A DNA stretch of 64,000 bases from Escherichia phage teqsoen. The DNA is taken from sequence record MN895436.1; one strand, given 5' to 3'. Below the pieces are notes generated by a model, which was given only the letters and a program-made list of their open reading frames with translations, was not told where the DNA came from and ran no database searches. The position numbers and the translations under genes were made by a program. This document shows, in pieces, positions 27,405 to 37,541 of this stretch (position 1 is the stretch's first letter; the number at the start of each line of letters is the position of its first letter).

Positions 27405-28823
27405 TTATGGATAGATATAGATGATACCAGTTTCTAAAGCAGTTTTATGAATGATGTATCCATTACGTGATTCTTGAACATCAACTTCTGGATAGTCTTT
27501 CATCATCTTCTGGAGAGTGTAACGATGCAAGTAGTACTTACTATCTGGATCGTCAGTTTTCCAATCTTTACCTTCTTCGGTCATTTTTTGGATTTCATCC
27601 ATAACCCACCAACCACACCAGATGTAAGCTGAAGTACGATGTGGAAGAGGATGAACATAAGGTAATTCACCTTCTGGCTCTGGAGCAACTTTATCAGTTA
27701 CCTGAACTTGACCTTCTGCTGTAATAGTTTTGCTATCATAATCAGCAGCAGTAACATTTGCAGTAACTTCAATAGTTTGACTTCCAATAGATGAGGTATC
27801 AACGGTATATACATTAGTTGACCCTTCTACAGGAGAAGAATCTTTCTTCCATGAATACGCAATTTGCGCTTCTTCTGGAGCATCAGTGACATTAGCAGTA
27901 AATGTAGCCGAAGCATCTTGTTGAACGTTAATAGAAGGAGGAGTCAATGTAACCTGTGGATTCATTGTCTTCTTATTAACTGTTAATGATACTTCATTCG
28001 AAGTAACTTCCTTTTCATTGTAATTTTCAGCAGTTACTTGGGCTACGCATTTAATTCTTTTTACTCCACTTGTAGTTGGAGTGTAATTGAACGTAGCATT
28101 AGTTTCTCCACCAACTTGTGAATCATCTACATACCACTGATACGTAGCAGATGCTCCTAGCGGCTGCGAAGCTAAGGCAGCAGTAAATTGAACTGGGGTT
28201 CCAATTACTCCTGCTGGAGGACTATCAGGAGTTACTGCCAAAGTAGTCGTCTGCGTCTTTTTATTAACAGTCAGTGATACTTCATTAGAAGTAACGCTTA
28301 GTGTATCATAATCTGCCGCAGTTACTTGAGCTACACACTTGATTTTTTTAACTCCGCTTGTGTCAGGAGTGTAATTGAATGTAGCGTCAGTTGCTTCGTC
28401 TACAGGAGAACCGTCAACGTACCATTGATACGTAGCGTTTGCACCTGATGGCTGTGAAGCTAAGGCAGCGGTAAATTCAATTGGAGTTCCAATCACTCCA
28501 GCATCAGGGCTACCAGGAGTTACAGCTAAAGTAGTTGTTTGTGTCTTATTTTGAACTGTGATAGTTGTACTAATTTCAGCTGTTTCAGGTTCAGATTCTG
28601 CAACTTGATTGGTTGCAACTACTTTAATAGTCTTTTGACCGGCAGGTCCTTTTAGTACATAACTAAAAGTTGCTGACGTTTCTTCCTGTGGAGCGTCGTC
28701 TACAGTCCAAGCATATGTAATAGGTCCATCTCCAGTTTGACCACTGGGTGTAGCAGTAAACTGCTGAGTCTGATCTATAACTCCAGTAGGTGTTTTAGGA
28801 GTTATATCAACTGTAAAAGCCAT
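27405..28823 (-). CDS. hoc: Hoc, highly immunogenic outer capsid protein, with an extra duplicated Ig-like domain
   Basis: 472-aa ORF made of serial ~95-aa Ig-like modules plus a C-terminal capsid-binding region; two adjacent modules are ~85% identical. T4 Hoc is shorter as I recall (~376 aa). Confidence 0.8.
   Translation of the reverse strand: MAFTVDITPKTPTGVIDQTQQFTATPSGQTGDGPITYAWTVDDAPQEETSATFSYVLKGPAGQKTIKVVATNQVAESEPETAEISTTITVQNKTQTTTLAVTPGSPDAGVIGTPIEFTAALASQPSGANATYQWYVDGSPVDEATDATFNYTPDTSGVKKIKCVAQVTAADYDTLSVTSNEVSLTVNKKTQTTTLAVTPDSPPAGVIGTPVQFTAALASQPLGASATYQWYVDDSQVGGETNATFNYTPTTSGVKRIKCVAQVTAENYNEKEVTSNEVSLTVNKKTMNPQVTLTPPSINVQQDASATFTANVTDAPEEAQIAYSWKKDSSPVEGSTNVYTVDTSSIGSQTIEVTANVTAADYDSKTITAEGQVQVTDKVAPEPEGELPYVHPLPHRTSAYIWCGWWVMDEIQKMTEEGKDWKTDDPDSKYYLHRYTLQKMMKDYPEVDVQESRNGYIIHKTALETGIIYIYP
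27972..28547 (-). repeat. Tandem direct repeat (2 x 288 bp) inside hoc, encoding duplicated Ig-like domains
   Basis: Protein residues 93-188 and 189-284 are near-identical (KTQTTTLAVTP...SLTVNK twice); the DNA units align with scattered substitutions. Confidence 0.8.
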
Positions 28824-28832
28824 AAGTTATCC

Positions 28833-29513
28833 TTATTTTAATGTTACGAAAGAAGAGTTGCGTGTTTCACGAATTAAAACTGATCCGTCGCGGTTAATGT
28901 AATAAATTAAGCTAAATAAAGTTTGGTGTGCTGACGCATGTTCAAAACTAGTTGGGTGAGATTTCCAATCAGGAGTTTCAGCGATCCATTGATAAATCCA
29001 CCAAGGAACAGTGCAGAATCCTGGATTTTTTCCAATCAGCTGAAGATTCGGGCTAAAGTTTTCCGGAAGAGTAAATACAGACGGCTTTTCAGATTCAATA
29101 ATCTCAGCTACAGCCTGTTCGAATTTTTCTTCAACAAAAGGAGTATCTTCAATCAAAACATCGGTATTTTCAGGAATTTTATCCGTTTCTACTACTTCAA
29201 TTTTAATGTCAGATTTAACCGGAGAATCAATCAGAAGTGCTGCTTCTGGATTGACTTCTTCATCGTCATATTTTAATCCCTCTGCAGCATCAGCAGCATC
29301 AATTAAGTCTTTAATAGATAACCCATCAGTCTCTGGCATAGGTTCACTAGCGAGCTTCTGGAGAGCTTCTTCAATATCAACAACGATATTATCAAAAGAT
29401 TTATTCTTTTTGACCTTTATACCAAACTGTTCAGCATATTCAGCTAATTTAGCTTTAGCTTCTTTATTATCATCAAGAGCCTTCAGCTCTGCAATATAAT
29501 CTTTATCTATCAT
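28833..29513 (-). CDS. inh: Inh, inhibitor of prohead protease
   Basis: 226-aa ORF (T4 Inh length) next to hoc. Confidence 0.75.
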   Translation of the reverse strand: MIDKDYIAELKALDDNKEAKAKLAEYAEQFGIKVKKNKSFDNIVVDIEEALQKLASEPMPETDGLSIKDLIDAADAAEGLKYDDEEVNPEAALLIDSPVKSDIKIEVVETDKIPENTDVLIEDTPFVEEKFEQAVAEIIESEKPSVFTLPENFSPNLQLIGKNPGFCTVPWWIYQWIAETPDWKSHPTSFEHASAHQTLFSLIYYINRDGSVLIRETRNSSFVTLK

Positions 29514-29526
29514 AATATTTCCTCAG

Positions 29527-29534
29527 TATAAATA
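29527..29534 (+). promoter_or_regulatory. T4-type late promoter (TATAAATA) for uvsW
   Basis: Exact TATAAATA 30 bp upstream of the uvsW ATG; uvsW is a late gene in T4. Confidence 0.6.
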
Positions 29535-29563
29535 TAGATATATTTATTACATGGTATTTAGAC

Positions 29564-31075
29564 ATGACTGACATTAAAGTACATTTTTATGATTTTAGTC
29601 ACGTGAGAATTGATTGTGAAGAAAGTACATTTCATGAACTCCGTGATTTCTTTAGCTTTGAAGCTGATGGGTATCGTTTTAATCCGAAATACAAATATGG
29701 CCACTGGGATGGACGAATCCGTCTTTTAGATTATAATCGTCTTCTTCCATTCGGCTTAGTCGGGCAAATTAAAAAGTTCTGTGATAACTTTGGCTATAAA
29801 GCCTGGATTGACCCACAAATTAACGAAAAAGAAGAATTATCAAGAAAAGATTTTGATGAATGGCTTTCTAAATTAGAAATCTATTCAGGAAATAAAAGAA
29901 TTGAACCACACTGGTATCAAAAAGATGCAGTGTTCGAAGGATTAGTTAATCGTCGTAGAATTCTTAATCTTCCAACATCCGCTGGTAAATCGTTAATTCA
30001 AGCTTTGCTTGCGCGATATTATTTGGAAAATTATGAAGGTAAAATTCTTATCATTGTTCCAACAACTGCTCTGACAACTCAGATGGCTGATGACTTTGTT
30101 GATTATCGTTTATTCAGTCATGCAATGATAAAGAAAATTGGTGGAGGAGCATCAAAAGATGATAAATATAAAAATGATGCACCAGTCGTTGTTGGTACAT
30201 GGCAAACTGTAGTAAAACAACCGAAAGAATGGTTCTCACAGTTTGGAATGATGATGAATGATGAATGCCATCTTGCTACAGGAAAAAGTATTTCATCTAT
30301 CATATCAGGTTTAAATAACTGCATGTTCAAATTCGGTTTGTCTGGTTCATTACGTGACGGCAAAGCTAATATCATGCAGTATGTTGGAATGTTCGGTGAA
30401 ATATTTAAGCCAGTAACGACTTCTAAATTAATGGAAGATGGACAAGTAACTGAGCTAAAAATTAATAGTATTTTTCTTCGCTATCCAGATGAGTTCACTA
30501 CTAAATTAAAGGGAAAAACTTATCAAGAAGAAATAAAAATTATTACTGGGCTCAGTAAAAGAAATAAATGGATCGCTAAATTAGCTATTAAGCTTGCGCA
30601 AAAAGATGAAAACGCTTTTGTCATGTTTAAACATGTATCGCATGGTAAAGCTATTTTCGATTTAATTAAAAATGAATACGATAAAGTTTATTACGTATCA
30701 GGGGAAGTTGATACCGAAACTCGCAATATAATGAAAACCTTAGCTGAAAATGGTAAAGGAATAATTATAGTAGCTAGTTATGGTGTATTTTCTACTGGTA
30801 TTTCAGTTAAAAATCTGCATCACGTTGTTTTAGCGCACGGTGTTAAATCAAAAATCATTGTATTACAAACAATCGGTCGTGTATTACGTAAGCATGGTTC
30901 TAAGACAATAGCAACCGTCTGGGACCTCATAGATGATTGTGGTGTTAAGCCAAAATCTGCTAATACGAAAAAGAAATATGTTCATTTGAACTATCTTTTA
31001 AAACACGGCATTGATCGTATTCAGCGCTACGCAGATGAAAAATTTAATTACGTAATGAAAACAGTTAATTTATAA
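29564..31075 (+). CDS. uvsW: UvsW DNA/RNA helicase (SF2)
   Basis: 503-aa ORF with Walker A-like PTSAGKS and DECH box (MMNDECH). Confidence 0.9.
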   Translation: MTDIKVHFYDFSHVRIDCEESTFHELRDFFSFEADGYRFNPKYKYGHWDGRIRLLDYNRLLPFGLVGQIKKFCDNFGYKAWIDPQINEKEELSRKDFDEWLSKLEIYSGNKRIEPHWYQKDAVFEGLVNRRRILNLPTSAGKSLIQALLARYYLENYEGKILIIVPTTALTTQMADDFVDYRLFSHAMIKKIGGGASKDDKYKNDAPVVVGTWQTVVKQPKEWFSQFGMMMNDECHLATGKSISSIISGLNNCMFKFGLSGSLRDGKANIMQYVGMFGEIFKPVTTSKLMEDGQVTELKINSIFLRYPDEFTTKLKGKTYQEEIKIITGLSKRNKWIAKLAIKLAQKDENAFVMFKHVSHGKAIFDLIKNEYDKVYYVSGEVDTETRNIMKTLAENGKGIIIVASYGVFSTGISVKNLHHVVLAHGVKSKIIVLQTIGRVLRKHGSKTIATVWDLIDDCGVKPKSANTKKKYVHLNYLLKHGIDRIQRYADEKFNYVMKTVNL

Positions 31076-31100
31076 GGGCTTCGGCCCTTTGGAGAAAAAG

Positions 31101-31331
31101 ATGTTACTAGAATTTAAACAATTTCTTTATGAAGCTTCTATTGATGAATTTATGGGTAAAATTGCCTCTTGTCAAACATTAGAAGGTTTAGAAGAACTTG
31201 AAGCTTATTATAAGAAAAGAGTTAAAGAAACTGAATTAAAAGATACTGATGACATCTCTGTGAGAGATGCTTTGGCAGGAAAAAGAGCTGAATTAGAAGA
31301 TTCAGACGATGAAGTAGAAGAAAGCTTTTAA
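31101..31331 (+). CDS. uvsW.1: UvsW.1 small acidic protein
   Basis: Track ORF begins at TTG 31089; the ATG at 31101 after a GGAG RBS gives ~76 aa, the T4 UvsW.1 size. Confidence 0.7.
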   Translation: MLLEFKQFLYEASIDEFMGKIASCQTLEGLEELEAYYKKRVKETELKDTDDISVRDALAGKRAELEDSDDEVEESF

Positions 31332-31334
31332 ATT

Positions 31335-31363
31335 AAAAAAGGCCCAACCAAAAAGGAAGGGCC
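31335..31363 (-). terminator. Probable minus-strand terminator after the uvsY operon
   Basis: On the - strand: GGCCC...GGGCC stem with a 13-nt loop followed by TTTTTT; the large loop makes this less certain. Confidence 0.4.
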
Positions 31364-31386
31364 AAAACTATAGACTAAAGGTCACA

Positions 31387-31554
31387 CTATAGCAAAAGTT
31401 GTGTTTCATTTAATTGTTCTTCCGAACTTTCTGAAACTGGTAGTTCTTTAATGTAATTATAGCAAGGCCCAGGATGTACAGGACCTTTGTCTGTTTCAAC
31501 AACCAATGCAGAATCGATTGGAGTTTTACAGACAACACAAATCTTATCTGACAT
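31387..31554 (-). CDS. Small Cys-containing protein (T4 uvsY.-1-like), absent from the ORF track
   Basis: My manual translation gives 55 aa, MSDKICVVCKTPIDSALVVETDKGPVHPGPCYNYIKELPVSESSEEQLNETQLLL, preceded by a strong GAGGAGA RBS and a TATAAATA box. Confidence 0.55.
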   Translation of the reverse strand: MSDKICVVCKTPIDSALVVETDKGPVHPGPCYNYIKELPVSESSEEQLNETQLLL

Positions 31555-31579
31555 GATTGTCTCCTCTGAATTATATATC

Positions 31580-31587
31580 TATTTATA
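31580..31587 (-). promoter_or_regulatory. T4-type late promoter (TATAAATA on - strand) upstream of the small uvsY.-1-like ORF
   Basis: + strand TATTTATA is the reverse complement of TATAAATA; about 25 bp upstream of the small ORF ATG. Confidence 0.5.
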
Positions 31588-31807
31588 CAACTCTCATATG
31601 CATATCAATGCCCATATCTTTAGAATAAAAATATTCATCAAGATATCCGGCAAATTTTCCTTTAATATAAAGGACATCTTCACCACACGGGTGGTCGGCC
31701 AGGATACGAATATCCTGACGCTTAAAATTATACTTTTTCATTAAGAATTGAATTTCCGTTTCAAATTCTTCTTCATAATTAAAAGCATCATCAATGCTAT
31801 ATCTCAT
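31583..31807 (-). CDS. Hypothetical protein (T4 uvsY.-2-like)
   Basis: 74-aa ORF coupled to uvsY by ATGA overlap. Confidence 0.65.
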   Translation of the reverse strand: MRYSIDDAFNYEEEFETEIQFLMKKYNFKRQDIRILADHPCGEDVLYIKGKFAGYLDEYFYSKDMGIDMHMRVV

Positions 31808-32220
31808 TATTTTCCAGCCTCAAATGCTCGCATGTCTTGAATATGCTTAATAGCAAATCCGCGTGATTTGATAGCATCAAGAGCTCCGCTACAGAAATCT
31901 AATAAAATTCCCCAATATTGTAATGAAGTATCAACCTTTAAAACATCCTTATCAGCTGATAGAACTGTCTTCATTTCTGATTTCTCGTAACGATCCATAC
32001 TAAATTCATCACCATCTCCTCGTCCCGAGTAGTAGTCTAATTTAGCTTTAAGAGCAACTTTTTTCTGTGCATCAATTCTAAGCATTTCCTTTTTAATACT
32101 TGAATGCTTATTAAGCCATTTACTATATAACATCACATTATTAGCTGCTTCATACTGTAATTTAGTCGAATCTATAAACACATCTTTCTTCAATTCTTCT
32201 TGAAGATCTTCTAATCTCAT
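31807..32220 (-). CDS. uvsY: UvsY recombination mediator protein
   Basis: 137-aa ORF beginning MRLEDLQEELKKDVFIDSTKLQYE, matching T4 UvsY. Confidence 0.9.
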   Translation of the reverse strand: MRLEDLQEELKKDVFIDSTKLQYEAANNVMLYSKWLNKHSSIKKEMLRIDAQKKVALKAKLDYYSGRGDGDEFSMDRYEKSEMKTVLSADKDVLKVDTSLQYWGILLDFCSGALDAIKSRGFAIKHIQDMRAFEAGK

Positions 32221-32286
32221 ATTGTTCTCTATTCAATTGTTATTGGATGGACTTAGATTCATTATACCACGTTTATACGTGAAGCA

Positions 32287-32685
32287 TTATACTCTATTAC
32301 TGGAAGCCAGTTGTAGTTTTATCTGCTCAATGTCATCAGGGTTATCAATGACCGAAAAGCGTATTTCTACTATCAGAGTATAATCATCATAAACTGGTAT
32401 AACATTAACTGCTAATTTATCAATACGTGGCTCATAGTTTCTTACTGCGCTTTCGATATTACGCTCAACCGTGTCAGCAGTAAGAGGAGTCATATTCTCA
32501 AAAAGTTGGTCAGATAAATCACATCCAAATTCAGGGTCAAACGGTCTTGAACCTTTTCTTGTTGTAATAATTCCTAAAAGACTATTTTTAATTGACCTTA
32601 ATCCAAGTGATCTTGAAACGTCTTTGTTCCAATCCATTTTCATCTCTGGGTCAATATCAGAATAAAGCTTATTAATATTTGCCAT
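32287..32685 (-). CDS. 25: Baseplate wedge protein gp25 (sheath initiator, lysozyme-like fold)
   Basis: 132-aa ORF; size and synteny match T4 gp25. Confidence 0.85.
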   Translation of the reverse strand: MANINKLYSDIDPEMKMDWNKDVSRSLGLRSIKNSLLGIITTRKGSRPFDPEFGCDLSDQLFENMTPLTADTVERNIESAVRNYEPRIDKLAVNVIPVYDDYTLIVEIRFSVIDNPDDIEQIKLQLASSNRV

Positions 32686-33311
32686 TACAATAGCTCAAAG
32701 AATTCTTTGAGTCCTCTTATTACATGAGCGTGAGTTTTTCCACACTCTGGACACTTAATTGGAACAGCCAAATAAACGGTAGGCTTTAAAAGCATATCTT
32801 TTATAGCTACAATATCTGACTCTGTGATGATAGAATATAAATCTTCCAGTTCTTTTTCATTTAAGTCTTCAACTGGAATGCTTTCCCCGTTAGCATGAAT
32901 CGTTTCTATACATGATACTATCATGTGGGCTATATTTTTATCATCAAAAATTTTAGGGTAATGGAATTTAATTTTAATGTCACCCAGTGTATACCAGAGG
33001 TCTTCTGGTGCATCTATTTGTGTATGTAATAGATTTATATGGGTTGGTATTTCAGTTCCACAGGTGCACTTCCAGGAATTTTCGTGATTAACTTCACCAA
33101 GAGAATGTGCCCATAAATGAATCAACAATAGTTCTGATTCTTGGCGGTTTAAATCTTTTGCATTTGTGCAGTCTTTGATTAGCTTTTTAACAATTACTTC
33201 TACGGAACCATTATTTTTGGCAGTAATAAGTTCTAGATATTCTTTAAGCGTGAATGCGCGACAATTGATTATTTTAGAACCAACTCTCACATCAAATTTA
33301 TATTCATACAT
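32685..33311 (-). CDS. 26: Baseplate hub protein gp26
   Basis: 208-aa ORF; ATGA coupling with gp25; diverges from gene 51. Confidence 0.8.
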   Translation of the reverse strand: MYEYKFDVRVGSKIINCRAFTLKEYLELITAKNNGSVEVIVKKLIKDCTNAKDLNRQESELLLIHLWAHSLGEVNHENSWKCTCGTEIPTHINLLHTQIDAPEDLWYTLGDIKIKFHYPKIFDDKNIAHMIVSCIETIHANGESIPVEDLNEKELEDLYSIITESDIVAIKDMLLKPTVYLAVPIKCPECGKTHAHVIRGLKEFFELL

Positions 33312-33332
33312 ATTTAGCTCCTTTATTTATCA

Positions 33333-33340
33333 TATTTATA
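33333..33340 (-). promoter_or_regulatory. T4-type late promoter (TATAAATA on - strand) for genes 26-25
   Basis: + strand TATTTATA, 22 bp upstream of the gp26 ATG; overlaps the divergent gene 51 promoter. Confidence 0.55.
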
Positions 33341-33344
33341 AATA
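33337..33344 (+). promoter_or_regulatory. T4-type late promoter (TATAAATA) for gene 51
   Basis: Exact TATAAATA 18 bp upstream of the gp51 ATG with an AAGGAG RBS between them. Confidence 0.6.
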
Positions 33345-33361
33345 GAATAAAAGGAGCATCT

Positions 33362-34111
33362 ATGGCAAACATTATTCGTTGTAAATTACCAGATGGTGTT
33401 CATCGTTTTAAACCATTTACGGTAGAAGATTATCGAGATTTTTTGTTAGTTCGAAACGATATAGAACATCGGTCACCACAAGAACAAAAAGAAATAATTA
33501 CTGATTTAATTGATGATTATTTTGGAGACTATCCGAAGACTTGGCAACCATTTATATTTTTGCAGGTATTTGTAGGTTCAATAGGTAAAACTAAAGTACC
33601 CGTCACATTTGTATGTCCAAAATGTAAAAAAGAAAAGACAGTTCCATTTGAAATATATCAAAAAGAATTAAAGGAACCTGTTTTCGATGTAGCTAATGTT
33701 AAAATTAAATTAAAGTTTCCTTCTGAGTTTTATGAAAATAAAGCAAAGATGATTACTGAAAATATTCATTCTGTTCAAGTAGATGAAATATGGTATGATT
33801 GGAAGGAAATTAGTGAATCAAGCCAAATAGAACTTGTTGATGCCATCGAGATAGAAACATTAGAAAAAATTCTCGATGCAATGAATCCTATTAATTTAAC
33901 TCTACATATGTCATGCTGTAATAAGTATGTAAAAAAATACACTGATATAGTAGATGTGTTTAAGCTATTAGTTAACCCAGATGAGATATTTACTTTTTAT
34001 CAAATTAACCACACACTTGTAAAAAGCAATTATAGCTTAAATTCAATAATGAAAATGATTCCTGCTGAGCGCGGATTCGTATTAAAACTGATTGAGAAGG
34101 ATAAACAATAA
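33362..34111 (+). CDS. 51: Baseplate hub assembly catalyst gp51
   Basis: 249-aa ORF; size and synteny match T4 gp51. Confidence 0.85.
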   Translation: MANIIRCKLPDGVHRFKPFTVEDYRDFLLVRNDIEHRSPQEQKEIITDLIDDYFGDYPKTWQPFIFLQVFVGSIGKTKVPVTFVCPKCKKEKTVPFEIYQKELKEPVFDVANVKIKLKFPSEFYENKAKMITENIHSVQVDEIWYDWKEISESSQIELVDAIEIETLEKILDAMNPINLTLHMSCCNKYVKKYTDIVDVFKLLVNPDEIFTFYQINHTLVKSNYSLNSIMKMIPAERGFVLKLIEKDKQ

Positions 34112-35286
34112 TGAGTATGTTGCAACGCCCCGGATATCCAAATCTCAGCGTTAAATTATTTGATAGCTACGACGCTTGGAGTAATAATAGATTTGTTGAA
34201 TTAGCTGCTACTATTACCACATTAACTATGCGGGATTCTCTTTATGGCCGAAATGAAGGAATGCTGCAGTTTTATGATTCTAAAAACATCCATACAAAAA
34301 TGGATGGAAATGAAATAATTCAGATTTCTGTAGCTAATGCAAACGATATTAATAATGTTAAAACACGAATTTATGGATGTAAGCATTTTTCCGTGTCAGT
34401 AGATTCAAAAGGTGATAACATCATTGCTATTGAATTGGGAACTATTCATTCTATAGAAAATCTTAAATTTGGTAGACCATTTTTCCCTGATGCAGGTGAA
34501 TCTATAAAAGAAATGCTTGGTGTCATTTATCAGGATCGCACATTATTAACTCCAGCAATAAATGCTATAAATGCTTATGTTCCTGATATTCCATGGACTA
34601 GCACATTTGAAAACTATTTGTCATATGTAAGAGAAGTTGCTCTAGCTGTAGGAAGCGACAAATTTGTATTTGTATGGCAAGACATCATGGGAGTTAACAT
34701 GATGGACTATGATATGATGATAAATCAAGAACCATATCCAATGATTGTCGGTGAGCCATCTTTAATAGGTCAATTTGTCCAAGAATTAAAATATCCATTA
34801 GCATATGATTTCGTTTGGTTGACTAAATCGAATCCTCACAAACGTGACCCAATGAAAAATGCTACTATCTATGCTCATTCATTTTTAGATTCTTCATTGC
34901 CAATGATTACTACAGGAAAGGGTGAAAACTCTATTGTGGTGTCAAGATCAGGTGCTTATTCTGAAATGACTTATAGGAATGGATATGAAGAAGCTATTCG
35001 TCTTCAAACTATGGCACAATATGACGGCTATGCTAAATGTTCTACTGTCGGTAATTTTAACTTGACTCCTGGTGTTAAAATTATTTTTAATGATAGTAAA
35101 AACCAATTTAAAACAGAATTTTACGTTGATGAAGTTATCCACGAATTATCCAATAATAATTCAGTAACTCATCTATATATGTTCACTAATGCAACGAAAC
35201 TGGAAACAATAGACCCAGTTAAGGTTAAAAATGAATTTAAATCTGATACTACCACTGAAGAAAGTAGTTCTTCCAATAAGCAATAA
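34111..35286 (+). CDS. 27: Baseplate hub protein gp27
   Basis: 391-aa ORF with ATGA coupling to gp51. Confidence 0.85.
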   Translation: MSMLQRPGYPNLSVKLFDSYDAWSNNRFVELAATITTLTMRDSLYGRNEGMLQFYDSKNIHTKMDGNEIIQISVANANDINNVKTRIYGCKHFSVSVDSKGDNIIAIELGTIHSIENLKFGRPFFPDAGESIKEMLGVIYQDRTLLTPAINAINAYVPDIPWTSTFENYLSYVREVALAVGSDKFVFVWQDIMGVNMMDYDMMINQEPYPMIVGEPSLIGQFVQELKYPLAYDFVWLTKSNPHKRDPMKNATIYAHSFLDSSLPMITTGKGENSIVVSRSGAYSEMTYRNGYEEAIRLQTMAQYDGYAKCSTVGNFNLTPGVKIIFNDSKNQFKTEFYVDEVIHELSNNNSVTHLYMFTNATKLETIDPVKVKNEFKSDTTTEESSSSNKQ

Positions 35287-35764
35287 AGAAGTTTCTATTC
35301 CTAAAATGGGTCTTAAACATTATAACATTTTAAAAGATGTTAAAGGTCCTGATGAAAATTTAAAACTTCTTATTGATTCTATTTGTCCGAATTTATCACC
35401 GGCAGAAGTTGATTTCGTTTCTATTCATTTATTGGAATTTAATGGAAAGATTAAATCTCGTAAAGAAATAGATGGCTATACTTATGACATTAATGATGTC
35501 TATGTATGCCAAAGATTGGAATTTCAATACCAAGGAAATACATTTTATTTTAGACCTCCTGGAAAATTTGAACAATTTTTAACGGTGAGCGATATGTTAT
35601 CTAAATGCTTACTTAAGGTCAATGATGAAGTTAAAGAAATTAATTTTCTTGAGATGCCAGCATTCGTTTTAAAATGGGCAAATGATATTTTTACAACTTT
35701 AGCAATTCCTGGCCCTAATGGTCCAATAACCGGAATTGGCAATATTATTGGATTATTTGAATGA
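35231..35764 (+). CDS. 28: Baseplate hub distal protein gp28
   Basis: 177-aa ORF overlapping the gp27 end. Confidence 0.8.
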   Translation: MNLNLILPLKKVVLPISNKEVSIPKMGLKHYNILKDVKGPDENLKLLIDSICPNLSPAEVDFVSIHLLEFNGKIKSRKEIDGYTYDINDVYVCQRLEFQYQGNTFYFRPPGKFEQFLTVSDMLSKCLLKVNDEVKEINFLEMPAFVLKWANDIFTTLAIPGPNGPITGIGNIIGLFE

Positions 35765-37533
35765 AAAAGCCACAAGAAATGCAAACGATGCGTAGAAAAG
35801 TTATTTCAGATAATAAACCAACACAGGAAGCGGCTAAATCCGCTTCCAACACTTTATCTGGACTTAACGATATATCTACGAAATTGGATGATGCTCAAGC
35901 TGCCTCTGAATTAATAGCTCAAACTGTCGAAGAAAAATCGAATGAAATAGTTGGAGCAATTGACAACGTTGAAAGCGCAGTGAGTGATACTACCGCAGGT
36001 TCTGAGTTAATTGCCGAGACTGTTGAAATTGGCAATAATATCAATAAAGAAATCGGTGAATCACTCGGGAGCAAATTAGATAAATTAACAAGTTTACTAG
36101 AGCAAAAAATCCAGACAGCTGGAATTCAACAGACTGGGACTAGTTTAGCTACAGTTGAAAGCGCTATTCCTGTTAAAGTCGTTGAGGATGATACTGCTGA
36201 ATCTGTGGGTCCTTTATTACCGGCTCCTGAAGCAGTTAATAATGATCCTGACGCTGATTTTTTCCCTACCCCTCAGCCAGTTGAGCCAAAGCAAGAATCA
36301 CCAGAAGAAAAACAGAAAAAAGAAGCATTTAACTTAAAATTATCTCAAGCTTTAGATAAATTAACAAAGACAGTTGATTTTGGATTTAAGAAATCCATTT
36401 CAATTAGTGATAAAATATCAAGCATGTTATTTAAGTACACCATCAGTGCTGCTATTGAAGCTGCTAAAATGACTGCAATGATATTGGCTGTTGTTATTGG
36501 AATAGACCTGTTGATGGTTCATTTTAAATACTGGTCAGATAAATTTTCAAAAGCCTGGGATTTATTTAATACTGACTTTACTAAATTCTCTAGCGAAACC
36601 GGAACATGGGGTCCTTTATTACAGAGCATCTTTGATTCTATTGATAAAATTAAACAACTTTGGGAAGCGGGAGATTGGGGTGGATTGACAGCAGCTATTG
36701 TTGAAGGACTCGGAAGTGTTCTTTTTAATTTAGGTGAACTTATTCAATTAGGTATGGCTAAATTATCTGCTGCAATTCTTCGAGTCATTCCTGGTATGAA
36801 AGATACCGCTGATGAAGTAGAAGGAAGAGCGCTGGAAAATTTCCAAAATTCTACTGGAGCATCTCTCAATAAAGAAGACCAGGAAAAAGTTGCAAATTAT
36901 CAAGATAAACGAATGAACGGAGACCTTGGTCCGATAGCAAAAGGATTAGATAAAATTGCTAATTGGAAAACTCGTGCATCTAATTGGATTCGTGGGGTTG
37001 ATAATAAAGAAGCACTAACTACCGACGAAGAACGTGCAGCAGAAGAAGAAAAATTAAAGCAACTTTCACCTGAAGAAAGAAAAAATGCTTTAATGAAGGC
37101 TAATGAAGCCCGTGCCGCAATGATTCGCTTTGAAAAATATGCTGATTCAGCTGATATGAGTAAAGACTCAACGGTTAAATCTGTTGAATCTGCCTATGAA
37201 GACCTTAAAAAACGGATGGATGACCCGGATTTAAATAATTCACCGGCAGTTAAAAAAGAACTTGCTGCTAGATTTTCTAAAATTGATGCTACTTATCAAG
37301 AGCTCAAGAAAAATCAGCCTAATGCCAAACCTGAAACTTCTGCTAAATCGCCAGAAGCAAAACAAGTCCAGGTAATAGAAAAGAACAAAGCACAGCAAGC
37401 TCCTGTTCAACAAGCATCTCCTTCAATCAACAATACTAATAATGTTATTAAGAAAAATACTGTCGTTCATAATATGACACCTGTCACAAGCACGACTGCT
37501 CCTGGTGTATTTGATGCGACTGGAGTTAATTAA
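35761..37533 (+). CDS. 29: Tail tape measure / baseplate hub protein gp29
   Basis: 590-aa ORF (T4 gp29 length), largely helical and low-complexity with a central hydrophobic segment. Confidence 0.85.
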   Translation: MKKPQEMQTMRRKVISDNKPTQEAAKSASNTLSGLNDISTKLDDAQAASELIAQTVEEKSNEIVGAIDNVESAVSDTTAGSELIAETVEIGNNINKEIGESLGSKLDKLTSLLEQKIQTAGIQQTGTSLATVESAIPVKVVEDDTAESVGPLLPAPEAVNNDPDADFFPTPQPVEPKQESPEEKQKKEAFNLKLSQALDKLTKTVDFGFKKSISISDKISSMLFKYTISAAIEAAKMTAMILAVVIGIDLLMVHFKYWSDKFSKAWDLFNTDFTKFSSETGTWGPLLQSIFDSIDKIKQLWEAGDWGGLTAAIVEGLGSVLFNLGELIQLGMAKLSAAILRVIPGMKDTADEVEGRALENFQNSTGASLNKEDQEKVANYQDKRMNGDLGPIAKGLDKIANWKTRASNWIRGVDNKEALTTDEERAAEEEKLKQLSPEERKNALMKANEARAAMIRFEKYADSADMSKDSTVKSVESAYEDLKKRMDDPDLNNSPAVKKELAARFSKIDATYQELKKNQPNAKPETSAKSPEAKQVQVIEKNKAQQAPVQQASPSINNTNNVIKKNTVVHNMTPVTSTTAPGVFDATGVN

Positions 37534-37541
37534 GGAATAAT

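Noticed and set aside
31487-31744. Plus-strand 85-aa ORF between uvsW.1 and uvsY.
   Set aside because: It overlaps the minus-strand small ORF and uvsY.-2-like gene, which have promoters and RBSs; the + ORF has neither.
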